From Miltoncostaeaceae bacterium (GTDB lineage Bacteria; Actinomycetota; Thermoleophilia; Miltoncostaeales; Miltoncostaeaceae), in the NCBI GenBank assembly GCA_046708705.1, contig JBKKDD010000090.1:1-46975 (forward strand): a DNA stretch of 46,975 nt, read 5' to 3'. Below the pieces are notes generated by a model. That model ran no database searches, was not told the origin of the DNA, and was given only the letters and a program-made list of their open reading frames with translations. This document shows positions 1-9,291 of this stretch, piece after piece; position 1 is the first letter of the stretch; each line of letters begins with the position of its first letter. The position numbers were made by a program, and so were the translations under genes.

Positions 1-855
1 CTCCTTGACCGGCATCATCGCGCCGAGGTTGTCGAACGGGGTCGCACAAAGCGCCCACGTGCGGATCGCGTTCGCCGAAGCGGTACGGATCGACTCGGGC
101 TTGAGCTGGAACCGGTGCTGGCCGACCGTCTCGGGCCGTCCCATGGCACGGGCGGTCGCCTCGGTGACCTCCGACGGGAGGTAGGTGAGGTCCCACTTCG
201 TGCTCATGAGGTCCGGCTGCGTGATGAGACGGAGGTTCATCCGACCGTAGCGGGGGTCGCCGTAAAACGACGGCTTCGCGGGAAGCTCAGCGTCGTCGTA
301 GCGGCCCGTTGCGGTGTGGATGAGGTAGCCACGACGCTCCAACGTGAAGTTGAAGTAGTCGTTGCCGAACCCACCGTACCCGTCGTCCTCCTTGCCACCG
401 TGCTCTTGGGTGATGATGTACGCGATCTTCTTCGGGAAACCGAAGGGCTCGCGGCCAGCGAACACGGCTGCGTCCTGCGTGAGGTACATGTACGGGTAGT
501 ACCCGGCGTAATAGGTGTTGCCGTCCCCAGCCTTGTGGCTTGCGGACACGGTGACGCCCATCTCGCCGTACGGACCGAGGCCCGTGTGGAGGTGGTCGAC
601 GTACCAGAACTCGACGACGTCGTCCTCGAGGTCCAGGCACTTGGGAAGGATGTGGTTCAGGTCCTTCTCGTCGCAACGATAGAAGAACGCAGACCAACGG
701 GAGTTGGTGTACGTCAGCGGAACAATGTCGTAGTCGACGAGCGGATCGGCGATACCCTGGGAGATGATGTCGCGCTTGTCACGATCGAGTGCAAGCGGCG
801 GCGCATCGCCCGAGTCGACCCACGGAACGCTGGTCACGTTGAGCTGTTGACCCAT
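1..855 (-). CDS. Acetoacetate decarboxylase (ADC) family protein, paralog A. Its 3' end runs off the window start and is completed by 46675..46839 if the sequence is circular.
   Basis: Absent from the ORF track because it is open at the window edge. My minus-strand translation from ATG 855 (RBS AAAGGAG upstream) reads MGQQLNVTSVPWVD...YYAGYYPYMYLTQDAAVFAGREPFGFPKK...FQLKPESIRTASANAIRTWALCATPFDNLGAMMPVKE. It is clearly paralogous to ORF 882..1907 and has the GFPKK lysine pair. The + ORF 115..861 is its antisense shadow. Confidence 0.8.
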   Translation of the reverse strand, partial: MGQQLNVTSVPWVDSGDAPPLALDRDKRDIISQGIADPLVDYDIVPLTYTNSRWSAFFYRCDEKDLNHILPKCLDLEDDVVEFWYVDHLHTGLGPYGEMGVTVSASHKAGDGNTYYAGYYPYMYLTQDAAVFAGREPFGFPKKIAYIITQEHGGKEDDGYGGFGNDYFNFTLERRGYLIHTATGRYDDAELPAKPSFYGDPRYGRMNLRLITQPDLMSTKWDLTYLPSEVTEATARAMGRPETVGQHRFQLKPESIRTASANAIRTWALCATPFDNLGAMMPVKE

Positions 856-881
856 TCGTAAGCTCCTTTCGGGGTCGAGGG

Positions 882-1907
882 TTAGGCGCCGAGGCCGATG
901 GGCTTCGGGAACCGGTGGCGCAGGCCGTACCGGTACGGCTTCGCCGCACCAGACCACGTTGCGTCACGCGTGTAGGTCTCCGTCCACAGCACCTGACCCG
1001 CCGGGATGATGAGGTCGAAGCTGAAGGTCATGAGACCGAGCAGCTCCTTCGGCGGAAGCTCGTGGCCGAGGTTGTCGTACGGAGTCGCCTGCATGAACCA
1101 GTTGATCTGGCCGGCGCTGGCGGTACGAATGGACTCGGGCTTCACCTGGAAGCGGTGCGAGCCTTCGGTGTCCGGACGGCCGATGAGGGTCGCCAGGTCC
1201 TTGGTCATGAGCGAGGGCAGATACACCAGCTCCCAACGCGACTCCGCCACGTCCGGAGACGTGACGACCTTCATGTTCATACGGCCGTACTCCGTGTTGC
1301 CGTAGAACGCCGGCTTGGCCGGCAGGTCCGCGTCGTCGTACTTCCCCGTTGCCGAGTGAAGCACGTACCCGTTCCGGATCATAAGGAACGAGAAGTAGTT
1401 GAACTGGTAGATCTTGGAGTCCATGACCCCGTAGCCGTCGTCAGGCGCTCCACCGTGCTCGACGATGCGGATGAAGGCTTCCTTTTTCGGGAAGCCCAGC
1501 ACGCGACCGGCGTCGATCGCAGCGTCCTGGGTCAGGTACATGTAGGGGTAGTACCCGGCGTAGTAGGTCTTGCCGTCTCCAGCCTTATGGCTGGCGGCAA
1601 CGGTGGCGCCCCACTCACCGTACGGGCCGAGCATGGTGTGGTTGTGATCCACGTACCAGAACTCGACGATGTCGTCCTCGACCTCGAGGCAGTCGGGCAC
1701 CACGCGACGAAGGACCTTCTCGTCTGCCCGGTAGAAGAATGCTGACCAGCGTGAGTTGGTGTAGGTCAGCGGAAGGGTGTCAATGTCCCAGATCGGGTCC
1801 ACGAGCGAGTAGATAAACGCGGTCTTCTCGTCGCGGTCGACCGGCGACGGAGGGATCTCCCCCGTCTCGGCGCCTGGGATCTGCGTCACGGCGAACTGCT
1901 CTGCCAT
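882..1907 (-). CDS. Acetoacetate decarboxylase (ADC) family protein, paralog B (341 aa)
   Basis: Internal ATG at 1907 of ORF 882..2396 (MAEQFAVTQIPG...), preceded by RBS AAAGGGGGA. Motifs YYAGYYPYMYLTQDAAIDAGRVLGFPKK are typical of the ADC family. The 163 aa upstream in the ORF are Arg/Ala-rich non-coding read-through. Confidence 0.8.
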   Translation of the reverse strand: MAEQFAVTQIPGAETGEIPPSPVDRDEKTAFIYSLVDPIWDIDTLPLTYTNSRWSAFFYRADEKVLRRVVPDCLEVEDDIVEFWYVDHNHTMLGPYGEWGATVAASHKAGDGKTYYAGYYPYMYLTQDAAIDAGRVLGFPKKEAFIRIVEHGGAPDDGYGVMDSKIYQFNYFSFLMIRNGYVLHSATGKYDDADLPAKPAFYGNTEYGRMNMKVVTSPDVAESRWELVYLPSLMTKDLATLIGRPDTEGSHRFQVKPESIRTASAGQINWFMQATPYDNLGHELPPKELLGLMTFSFDLIIPAGQVLWTETYTRDATWSGAAKPYRYGLRHRFPKPIGLGA

Positions 1908-2237
1908 ATCTTGGCATCCCCCTTTCAGGATGGAAGGGTGGTGCACACGAACCGCACGAACGCCCACACGAAGGCCACCGACATTCGCCGGGTGCATCCG
2001 GAGGGAGCGAACAGCGGTCGCAGCATATGTCACGTACCCACTATCGTCAACGGCCCGTGTTGTCCGCTCGCGGGCGGCGAGACCGCTCTTCGCAAAGGGG
2101 GTTGCGGCATCCGCAACCACATCGTGCGGATGTTGACAACCTCGGTTCGATCGACATAGCCTCGCACCTGAGCCGGCGGGGCGACATGCTGCCGGGGCAG
2201 CTCGAGCGGATTCATCCATGGACAAAGGGGGGGTTTC

Positions 2238-3347
2238 ATGAGGGGATTCTCGCGGCGCATAATCGTCCTGCTGGGCGCGGCGGCGCTCAGCATGGGCCTT
2301 ACGGCGTGCGGCGGTGACGACGAGGACACGTCGGGTACCGGCGCGACGGGCGACACCGCCACATTGCGACTGGGGTATGTGACGACGCCTCAGCATCCGT
2401 ACGGCATCGCGCTCGACGCGTTCAAGAAGGAGGTCGAGACGGCGTCCGGCGGGAAGCTCGTCATCGAGAACACGCCGAACTACACCGGCGGCGACATCCA
2501 GTTGTTCGATGATGTCGTCGGCGGCACGATTGAGATGGGCGGTATCTCCACCGCCATCTGGGATACCAAGGGCAGCAACACCTTCCAGGCGCTACAGGCA
2601 CCGTTCCTGATCACCAACTACGGCCTCGCCGGGACGGTGGAGGGCGGACCCATCGGCACCGCGATGCTCCAGAGCCCCAACGGACCAGCGAAGTTCGGCC
2701 TGGTCGGCCTCGGGATCCTCGAGGGTGGCCTGCGCAAACCCGTCAGTCGGGGGGCCCCGCTGAAGAGCCCGGCGGACTTCAAGGGCAAGAAGATCCGCGA
2801 GCCGCAGTCGAAGGTTCTTTCCATCGCGACGGCGGCCCTCGGCGCCCAGCCGGTGGCTGTGCCAGTCGGTGAGGTTTTTACGGCCTTGCAGAACGGCACC
2901 GTCGACGGTGTGGAGGCGAACCTCGGCCTGCTCGTGGCGAACAAGTGGTTCGAGGTCACGAAGAATGTCACCCAGAACATCAACCTGTGGCCGTTCCCGG
3001 CCGCCGTGGTCGTCAACAAGGCGCAGTTCGACAAGTTGACCGACGAGCAGAAGGGGTGGCTCGAGACCGCAGGGAAGAACCTATCGGCGGCCTCGATCAA
3101 GGTCTTCACCAACCCGGCGCCCGACGCGACGAACTTCGTCCAGGTGCTGTGTGACGCTGGCTACACGTTCGCCTTCGCGAGCGACGCAGATATCGCGGCG
3201 CTCACCAAGGCGGTGCAACCTGCCTACGACCAGCTGTCTGAGGACCCGGAGGTCGCCGGGCTGATCAAGCAGATCCAGGACGCGAAGGCGGCTGCAGGGC
3301 CCCCGGCGGCGCCACCGCCACTCCCGGCCGGCTGCAAGACGGCGTAG
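2238..3347 (+). CDS. TRAP transporter substrate-binding protein (DctP family), lipoprotein
   Basis: Signal/lipobox LGAAALSMGLTACGG. DctP-like body (LRLGYVTTPQHPYG..., ALQNGTVDGVEANLG). RBS AAAGGGGGGG before the ATG. Followed by a fused DctQM permease. Confidence 0.8.
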   Translation: MRGFSRRIIVLLGAAALSMGLTACGGDDEDTSGTGATGDTATLRLGYVTTPQHPYGIALDAFKKEVETASGGKLVIENTPNYTGGDIQLFDDVVGGTIEMGGISTAIWDTKGSNTFQALQAPFLITNYGLAGTVEGGPIGTAMLQSPNGPAKFGLVGLGILEGGLRKPVSRGAPLKSPADFKGKKIREPQSKVLSIATAALGAQPVAVPVGEVFTALQNGTVDGVEANLGLLVANKWFEVTKNVTQNINLWPFPAAVVVNKAQFDKLTDEQKGWLETAGKNLSAASIKVFTNPAPDATNFVQVLCDAGYTFAFASDADIAALTKAVQPAYDQLSEDPEVAGLIKQIQDAKAAAGPPAAPPPLPAGCKTA

Positions 3348-3367
3348 TGCGAGCAGGTCCGACCCGA

Positions 3368-3392
3368 CCGGCTCGACATCGCGTCGAGCCGG
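3368..3392 (+). promoter_or_regulatory. Perfect 10-bp stem hairpin between the TRAP binding-protein and permease genes
   Basis: CCGGCTCGAC atcgc GTCGAGCCGG read directly. It has no T-tract, so it is more likely an intra-operon attenuator or mRNA-stability element than a terminator. Confidence 0.4.
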
Positions 3393-3420
3393 CGGGTCAT
3401 CCGCGACGGGCCCACCGGCC

Positions 3421-5508
3421 GTGACCAACGCCCCGGTCGACGGGGGTGCGGCGTCGAAGGGGTCGACGCCCCACGGATATCTACGCCGCGTCGCCGCGTG
3501 GCTTGAGTTGTACTCCGCCGCCGCCGCCCGCATCGCCCGTACGCTGATGATTCTCGGGATCGTGCTGTGCGCGGGCGGTATCGCCGTGAACGTCTTTACG
3601 CGATACGTCCTGGGGTTCTCAATCACCGGGTATGACGAGATCGCGTCCTACGCGTTCCTGTGGGTTGTGTGGATGGGGGTGTCCATCGCGGTGAAGCGCG
3701 GCGATGTGACCGTCATCACCTTCCTCGCTCAACGGGGGCCGTCGTGGTGGCGCCGGTCGGTTGCCGTGTTCTCGGGACTCTCGCTCGCGGTGCTGTTCGC
3801 ATACTGCCTCCTGCGCTCGACGCAGTTCGCCGTCTCGCGAGAGGCGCTGAACAACACATCAACAATCCTGGGCATCCCCACGTTCTACGGGATCGCGTCG
3901 ATGACCCTCGGCTACTACTTCATCTCGTTGCACTACTTGTCGCGACTCGTGGGCGCGGCGGCCCCCGTCGCCGAGCGCGGCCGCGCAGGCATGCGCGCCG
4001 CCGCCGCCGGTCTGGTCGGAGGCGTCGCACTCAGCGCGGCAGTGTGGGGGATCTGCGCCGGGATCCTCGCGACCGGCGCGAGCCCGCTACTCGCCATCGG
4101 GGTGGTCTTCGTCGCGCTCACACTCGCGGGGAACCCAATCATCTTCATGCTCTCGATCGTCGGGATCATGTCCGCGACCGGGTTCCTGGGGCTTTCATTC
4201 TATGACAACCCCGACATCCTGTTCCCGTTCCGCACGACGCAGAACGTCCTGGGGCTTCAAGGGTTCACGGAACTCGTGGTCATCCTGATGTTCCTGATCG
4301 TCGCGGAGGTGATGAACGCCAGCGGCATGTCCGACCGGCTCATCGCGTTCGCGGCGACGCTCGTCGGTCACTTCCGCGGCGGCATGGCCTACGTCTGCCA
4401 GGTCACCTCCGCCTTGGTGTCCGGGGTCTCCGGCTCTGCCCAGGCGGATGCGGCGATCATGACGCCGCTGCTTGTCCCGGCGATGCAGAAGGAGGGGTAT
4501 CCGAAGGACGTCGCCGCCGCAGTTGTCGCCGGCGCGTCGATCAAGGGGCCAATCGGTCCAATCTCCATCATGTTCATCGTCTACGGCGTGATCGTCACCG
4601 ACGGAGGATCGTCGATCTCGCGGCTCCTGCTGTCGGGGATTTTGGCGGAGGTCCTGCTCCTGCTCTTCCAAGGAGCGACGGTCTACCTCGTCGTGCGGCG
4701 ACTGGGGTTCTTCGAGAAACGGCCGTTCGTGGGCGTCCGGGTCGCCGGACGGGCGGGGCTGCGCGCCCTCCCGGTCCTGGTGATCCCCGTCATCATCCTC
4801 GGCGGGATCCTGCGCGGCGTGTTCACCACCAGTGAAGCTGGCGCGGCGGCAGCGGCGGTCGCGATCTTCCTCGCGCTGTTCTGGTATGCGTCGCTTGCCC
4901 CGAGGGACCTGCCCCGGGTGATCACCCTTGCGGGCGTCGAGACCGGCATCGTGCTGCTGCTCGTCGGCGACTCGGCGATCCTCGCGAAGACCCTGGAGGT
5001 CAACGGGTTCGGACGGGACCTGTCGGATTTTCTGACTGGCATCACCGACAACAAGTATGTCTTCCTGTTGCTCGTCAACGTCCTCCTGCTTGCGATCGGG
5101 ATCTTCCTGGAACCGCTGCCCGCGCTCTACATCTTCGCCCCGCTCCTGGCGCCCATCGCCGTCGGGGTGTACGACATGGACCCGACGCACTTCGGGTTGA
5201 TCGTCGTGTTCAACCTGGTGCTCGCGCTCATCCACCCGCCGATCGGGCTCGTGTTGTTTCTCGTGTCGAGCCTGGCAAAGGTGTCGGTCGAGCGGCTTTC
5301 GATCATGATCATCCCCTGGCTTCTGGTGAGCCTGTTCGTCTTGTTCCTCGTCACCTACCTGCCCGACTACATCGTCCTGGTGGTCGTCAACCACGGCGGG
5401 GCCGTGGCGGCGGTCCTCGGCGTGCTGGTCGGCGCGGCACTCGCGACGTTCGCGGTAGTCGAGACGGTCGGCTTCATGCGACACAGATCCGGGGGGCGTC
5501 GGCGGTGA
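3421..5508 (+). CDS. TRAP transporter fused small/large permease (DctQ-DctM)
   Basis: 695 aa, highly hydrophobic. The N-terminal ~170 aa are DctQ-like (4 TM) and the remainder is a DctM-like multi-TM domain. Adjacent to the DctP gene. Start (GTG 3421) is uncertain. Confidence 0.75.
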   Translation: MTNAPVDGGAASKGSTPHGYLRRVAAWLELYSAAAARIARTLMILGIVLCAGGIAVNVFTRYVLGFSITGYDEIASYAFLWVVWMGVSIAVKRGDVTVITFLAQRGPSWWRRSVAVFSGLSLAVLFAYCLLRSTQFAVSREALNNTSTILGIPTFYGIASMTLGYYFISLHYLSRLVGAAAPVAERGRAGMRAAAAGLVGGVALSAAVWGICAGILATGASPLLAIGVVFVALTLAGNPIIFMLSIVGIMSATGFLGLSFYDNPDILFPFRTTQNVLGLQGFTELVVILMFLIVAEVMNASGMSDRLIAFAATLVGHFRGGMAYVCQVTSALVSGVSGSAQADAAIMTPLLVPAMQKEGYPKDVAAAVVAGASIKGPIGPISIMFIVYGVIVTDGGSSISRLLLSGILAEVLLLLFQGATVYLVVRRLGFFEKRPFVGVRVAGRAGLRALPVLVIPVIILGGILRGVFTTSEAGAAAAAVAIFLALFWYASLAPRDLPRVITLAGVETGIVLLLVGDSAILAKTLEVNGFGRDLSDFLTGITDNKYVFLLLVNVLLLAIGIFLEPLPALYIFAPLLAPIAVGVYDMDPTHFGLIVVFNLVLALIHPPIGLVLFLVSSLAKVSVERLSIMIIPWLLVSLFVLFLVTYLPDYIVLVVVNHGGAVAAVLGVLVGAALATFAVVETVGFMRHRSGGRRR

Positions 5509-5583
5509 CGCGGCGGGCTCGTCTGCTCGACGGGCCGCTAGGATCCCGCCGTCTGTGAGCTGCGACCCGTCCATCACCGCGAC

Positions 5584-6510
5584 GTGATCCTCTGCCTGTC
5601 CGGCGGGACCGGCGGGGCTAAGATGGTCGACGGCTTGGCGCAAGTCGTGGGGCAGCCGAGCCTGGGCGTCGTGGTCAACACCGGCGATGACGCCGACATC
5701 CACGGTCTGCGCGTCTGCCCCGATCTGGACATCTGCACGTACACGCTCGCAGGCGTTGTCGATGAGCGCGGCTGGGGGTTCGCCGCCGACACGTTCCGCT
5801 GCCTCGAGGGCCTTGCGACCTACGGCCGCGACGCCTGGTTCGGGTTGGGCGATCGGGACCTCGCGACCCACATCCACCGGACGCTGATGCGCGCCGACGG
5901 CGTGAGCCTGAGCGAGATCACCGCGGACATCTGCATGCGACTGGGCGTCGGAGCCCGTGTGCTTCCGATGAGCGACCAGGACGTGCGCACGATCATCCAC
6001 ACCCGAACGGGACCGAAAGCATTCCAGGAGTACCTCGTGCGCGACGGCGCGCGCGAGCAGATCGACCGGATCGAGTTCAGCGGCATCGAGTGTGCCGCGC
6101 CGGCGCCAGGTCTTCTCGACGCGGTCGCGGCGGCTGCGGCGATCGTCATCGCCCCGTCGAGCCCGGTCGTGTCGATCGGGACGATCCTTGCGGTCCCCGG
6201 TGTGCGCGACGCCCTCGCTGCCTGTCGCAAGAAGGTCGTCGCGGTGAGTCCCATCATCGGCGCCCGACCGCTCGAGGGTCCTGCGGACCGGTTTCTGGCA
6301 GGGGTGGGGGAGCGTGAGTGCTCGGCACGGGTGATCGCACGGCTCTTGGCGGATGTCGCCGCAGTGATCCTCGTGCACGACAGCGAAAGCCCGGAGACGA
6401 TCGATGACGTGGCCGCGACCGGCGTCCATCCGGTGGTGTGCGACATCGTGATGGCAGACCGGCCAGGTCGGGCCAGGTTGGCGGCGCGCGTGCTGGAGGC
6501 GGCAGGGTGA
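5584..6510 (+). CDS. cofD: 2-phospho-L-lactate transferase (F420 biosynthesis, CofD/FbiA)
   Basis: N-terminal LSGGTGGAKMVDGL motif and ~308 aa length are typical of CofD. The stop overlaps the next start (GTGA). Confidence 0.85.
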   Translation: MILCLSGGTGGAKMVDGLAQVVGQPSLGVVVNTGDDADIHGLRVCPDLDICTYTLAGVVDERGWGFAADTFRCLEGLATYGRDAWFGLGDRDLATHIHRTLMRADGVSLSEITADICMRLGVGARVLPMSDQDVRTIIHTRTGPKAFQEYLVRDGAREQIDRIEFSGIECAAPAPGLLDAVAAAAAIVIAPSSPVVSIGTILAVPGVRDALAACRKKVVAVSPIIGARPLEGPADRFLAGVGERECSARVIARLLADVAAVILVHDSESPETIDDVAATGVHPVVCDIVMADRPGRARLAARVLEAAG

Positions 6511-7163
6511 TCCCGGTGATCATCCCCGTCAAACGGCTCGACAGTGCGTTGCAACGACTCGCGGGCGTACTCGATCGGGATGAGCGCCGATCGCTCCAGG
6601 CGGCGATGTTGAACGATGTGTTGGCGGCGACCGCGGCGTTCAGCGACCGCGTCGTCGTCGTCACCGCCGACAAGCTGGTGGCGGCGCTCGCGCGCGACCA
6701 CGGTGCCCGCGTTGCCCCGGACAGCGACCCACCAGCCGGGATCGACGCGGCTGTGGCGCGTGGTCTCGGCGCCATCCAAGCGCACAGCGCGGCGCTTGTG
6801 CTCATGGGTGATCTGCCGTGCGCGAGCGCGGGTGATCTGCGTCAGGTGGAGGTCGCCCACCCGGGTGGGCGTGGGATCGTGTGCGCGGTCTCTCGCGACG
6901 GGACCGGGACCAACGCGATGCTGCTTCGGCCCGCCGATGTGATCGCCCCATCGTTCGGCGTCGGGTCGTTGGCACGGCACGTGTCGGCGGCGGCGAGGGT
7001 GAACGCGGAGTCGACCCTCGTGACCGCACCGGGCCTGATGCTCGACATCGACACACCTGAGGACCTGGTGGCGCTCGTGCGAAGAGCCGCTTCGACCAGC
7101 GCCGGACGTCTGTGCACCAGACTCGGAGTCCTCGAGCGCATTCCGGTGACCGTCGAGCGATGA
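6507..7163 (+). CDS. cofC: 2-phospho-L-lactate (or PEP) guanylyltransferase (CofC/FbiD)
   Basis: GTG 6507 overlaps the cofD stop. VIPVIIPVKRLDSALQRLAGVL...MLNDVL and ~218 aa length fit CofC. Sits between cofD and cofE. Confidence 0.8.
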   Translation: MIPVIIPVKRLDSALQRLAGVLDRDERRSLQAAMLNDVLAATAAFSDRVVVVTADKLVAALARDHGARVAPDSDPPAGIDAAVARGLGAIQAHSAALVLMGDLPCASAGDLRQVEVAHPGGRGIVCAVSRDGTGTNAMLLRPADVIAPSFGVGSLARHVSAAARVNAESTLVTAPGLMLDIDTPEDLVALVRRAASTSAGRLCTRLGVLERIPVTVER

Positions 7164-7918
7164 TGCTCGCCGCGCTGACCGGGCTTCCCGAGATCCGCCC
7201 GGGGATGGATCTGCCGGCGATGCTCAGCGTGTGCGCCGCCGCCGCCGGGATTGTGCCCGGGGACGTGGTCGTGGTCGCCCATAAGGTCGTGAGCAAGGCG
7301 GAGGACGGGCTCGTGCGCCTGGACGATGTCGTCGTGTCCGATGCTGCGGCGGCCCTGGCAGACGAGACGGGGAAGGACCCACGCCTGTGTGAGATGATCA
7401 TCTCGGAGTCGCGATCGATCGTGCGTCGTCGCGGCGGGACGCTGATCTGCGAGACCCACCACGGGTTCATTTGCGCGAACGCCGGGATCGACGCGTCCAA
7501 TGTCGCGCCGGGTTGGGTCGTCCTTTTGCCTCGGGACCCGGATCGAAGTGCCCGTAGGCTGCAGGTGGCGCTGGCGGCGGCTGCGGGCGGGCGGGTCGGA
7601 ATCGTGATCGCCGACACCCACGGGCGAGCGTTTCGCCGTGGCATCGTCAACGTCGCGATCGGTGTCGCCGGGTTTCGCGCGCTGGTCGATCAGCGCGGAC
7701 GCCATGATCGCGAGGGACGCGTGCTGGTCGCGACCGAGCAGGCCTTGGCGGACGAGCTCGCCGCCTCCGCGGGGATCCTGATGGAGAAGGCCGCAGGTCT
7801 CCCGGCGATACTGGTGCGCGGTGTCGCGACCGAGTGGGGCCCCGGCGGTACGTCGGAACTGCTGCGCGACGCTCGCCATGACCTGTTTCGCGGGCTGGAG
7901 GACGGTGAGGACCGATGA
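7160..7918 (+). CDS. cofE: F420-0:gamma-glutamyl ligase (stand-alone CofE, without the FbiB C-terminal nitroreductase domain)
   Basis: ATGA overlap with the cofC stop. Motifs VVVAHKVVSKAEDG, NAGIDASNV, ADTHGRAFRRG. 252 aa. Confidence 0.85.
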   Translation: MMLAALTGLPEIRPGMDLPAMLSVCAAAAGIVPGDVVVVAHKVVSKAEDGLVRLDDVVVSDAAAALADETGKDPRLCEMIISESRSIVRRRGGTLICETHHGFICANAGIDASNVAPGWVVLLPRDPDRSARRLQVALAAAAGGRVGIVIADTHGRAFRRGIVNVAIGVAGFRALVDQRGRHDREGRVLVATEQALADELAASAGILMEKAAGLPAILVRGVATEWGPGGTSELLRDARHDLFRGLEDGEDR

Positions 7919-9291
7919 GCGATGTCGGCAGCCCCTCGCGACCGCTCCGTGTCGCGATCGTCGGCTCCGGACCTGCGGGCTTCTACACCGCCGACCACCT
8001 GCAACGCCGCGACGGACTGGCGGTCCGCATTGACATGTACGACCGGTTGGCAACGCCATACGGGTTGGTGCGACTCGGGGTCGCGCCCGATCACGAGAAG
8101 ATCAAGTCGGTCACGAAGGTCTACGAGCGTGTCGCCGCCGACCCCGGCTTTCGGTTCTTCGGGTGTGTCGAGATCGGACGCGACCTGGTCGACGACGACC
8201 TGGCCCGCCATTACGACGCAGTTGTGCTGAGTGTCGGCGCACAGGTGGATCGGCGAATGGGGATTCCCGGGGAGGATCTGGCCGGCAGCATCTCCGCGAC
8301 CGACTTCGTCGCCTGGTACAACTCTCACCCCGACCACCGCGAGCTCGACGTGGATCTGTCGGTGTCGGATGCGGTGGTCGTCGGCAACGGCAACGTCGCC
8401 GTCGACGTGGCGCGCATCCTCGCGGCACGCCCCGAGGCGCTCGCGGTGACCGACATCGCCGCTCACGCTCTGGACAGACTGCGTGTCAGTGCGGTGCGCA
8501 CGGTGACCATGCTCGGGCGGCGCGGCCCGGCACAGGCGGCATTCACCCCCAAGGAGATCAGGGAACTCGGCGAGCTCGAAGGGGTCACCCTCGTCGTGGA
8601 TCCCGCCGACTTGGAGGGGATCGACGCGACGGGCGACGAGCACGCCGAACGGGTTCTGAACGCGCTACGCAGCGTGGCCGGCCGTGTCGCCGCAGCGGAT
8701 GAGCGCGTGATCGTGCTGCGGTTCCTGACCTCCCCGACAGCGCTTCGCGGTGACGGAAAGGTGCGCGAGGTGGCGGTCGTCGGCAACGAGCTGGTCATGC
8801 AGGACGGATCACTTCGCGCGCAGCCGACGGGGACCGTCGATGTCATCCCGGCGGGGCTCGTCCTTCGGGCCGTCGGATATCGCGGCGCGCCGGTCCCCGG
8901 GTATCCGTTCGACGAGCGCTCAGGTCGTATTCCGAATGTCGACGGGCGGGTTGTTGACGCGGAGGGAACGCCACTTGCCGGACGCTACGTCGCCGGATGG
9001 ATCAAGCGGGGTCCGCAAGGGGTCATCGGTACGAACAAGGCCGATGCGGGGGAGACCGTGGAACGATTGATGCAGGATCTCGCCGACGGCAGGCTGCCGC
9101 GCCCATCGCACCCCGATGTGGCCGCCGCCGCCGCGCTCGTCGGCGAGCGGGTGCCAGACGTGATCTCGTGGGGCGACTGGACGCGGGTTGACGCGCGCGA
9201 ACGGGAGCTTGGAATCGCTGAGGGACGACCCCGACGCAAGTTCTCGTCTGCCGAGGCGATCCTGACCTTTCTGCGCGACGCCTCGCCCTAG
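7915..9291 (+). CDS. NADPH-ferredoxin (adrenodoxin-type) reductase, FprA-like
   Basis: VAIVGSGPAGFYTADHL dinucleotide fold, GVAPDHEKIK motif, second GNGNVAVDVARIL fold. ATGA overlap with the cofE stop. Confidence 0.8.
   Translation: MSDVGSPSRPLRVAIVGSGPAGFYTADHLQRRDGLAVRIDMYDRLATPYGLVRLGVAPDHEKIKSVTKVYERVAADPGFRFFGCVEIGRDLVDDDLARHYDAVVLSVGAQVDRRMGIPGEDLAGSISATDFVAWYNSHPDHRELDVDLSVSDAVVVGNGNVAVDVARILAARPEALAVTDIAAHALDRLRVSAVRTVTMLGRRGPAQAAFTPKEIRELGELEGVTLVVDPADLEGIDATGDEHAERVLNALRSVAGRVAAADERVIVLRFLTSPTALRGDGKVREVAVVGNELVMQDGSLRAQPTGTVDVIPAGLVLRAVGYRGAPVPGYPFDERSGRIPNVDGRVVDAEGTPLAGRYVAGWIKRGPQGVIGTNKADAGETVERLMQDLADGRLPRPSHPDVAAAAALVGERVPDVISWGDWTRVDARERELGIAEGRPRRKFSSAEAILTFLRDASP

Noticed and set aside
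103-106. The three terminal-repeat differences change GAGC to CAAT, creating CAATTG in the end copy. I considered whether this marks engineering.
   Set aside because: Nothing else suggests a construct. Synonymous clustered changes fit natural strain variation, gene conversion or an assembly bubble.
2140-2165. GGTTCGATC, a tRNA T-loop-like string.
   Set aside because: The flanking bases do not form a T-stem (CCTCG versus CGACA), and no acceptor or anticodon arms can be drawn.
4195-6429. Very long minus-strand ORF (744 aa). Similar long ORFs occur at 115..861 (+), 21264..22241 (+ part), 25799..27160 (+), 33459..35096 (+), 37531..39315 (+ part) and 44179..45684 (-).
   Set aside because: All lie antisense to, or out of frame with, genes that have clear family motifs. 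Their translations are Arg/Pro/Gly/Asp-rich low-complexity strings, as expected for shadow ORFs in ~70% GC DNA.
9288-9291. Convergent gene pairs share a palindromic CTAG as both stop codons, here and again at 25829..25832.
   Set aside because: TAG read on both strands of CTAG is a simple consequence of tight convergent packing. Two occurrences are not enough to suggest a signal.
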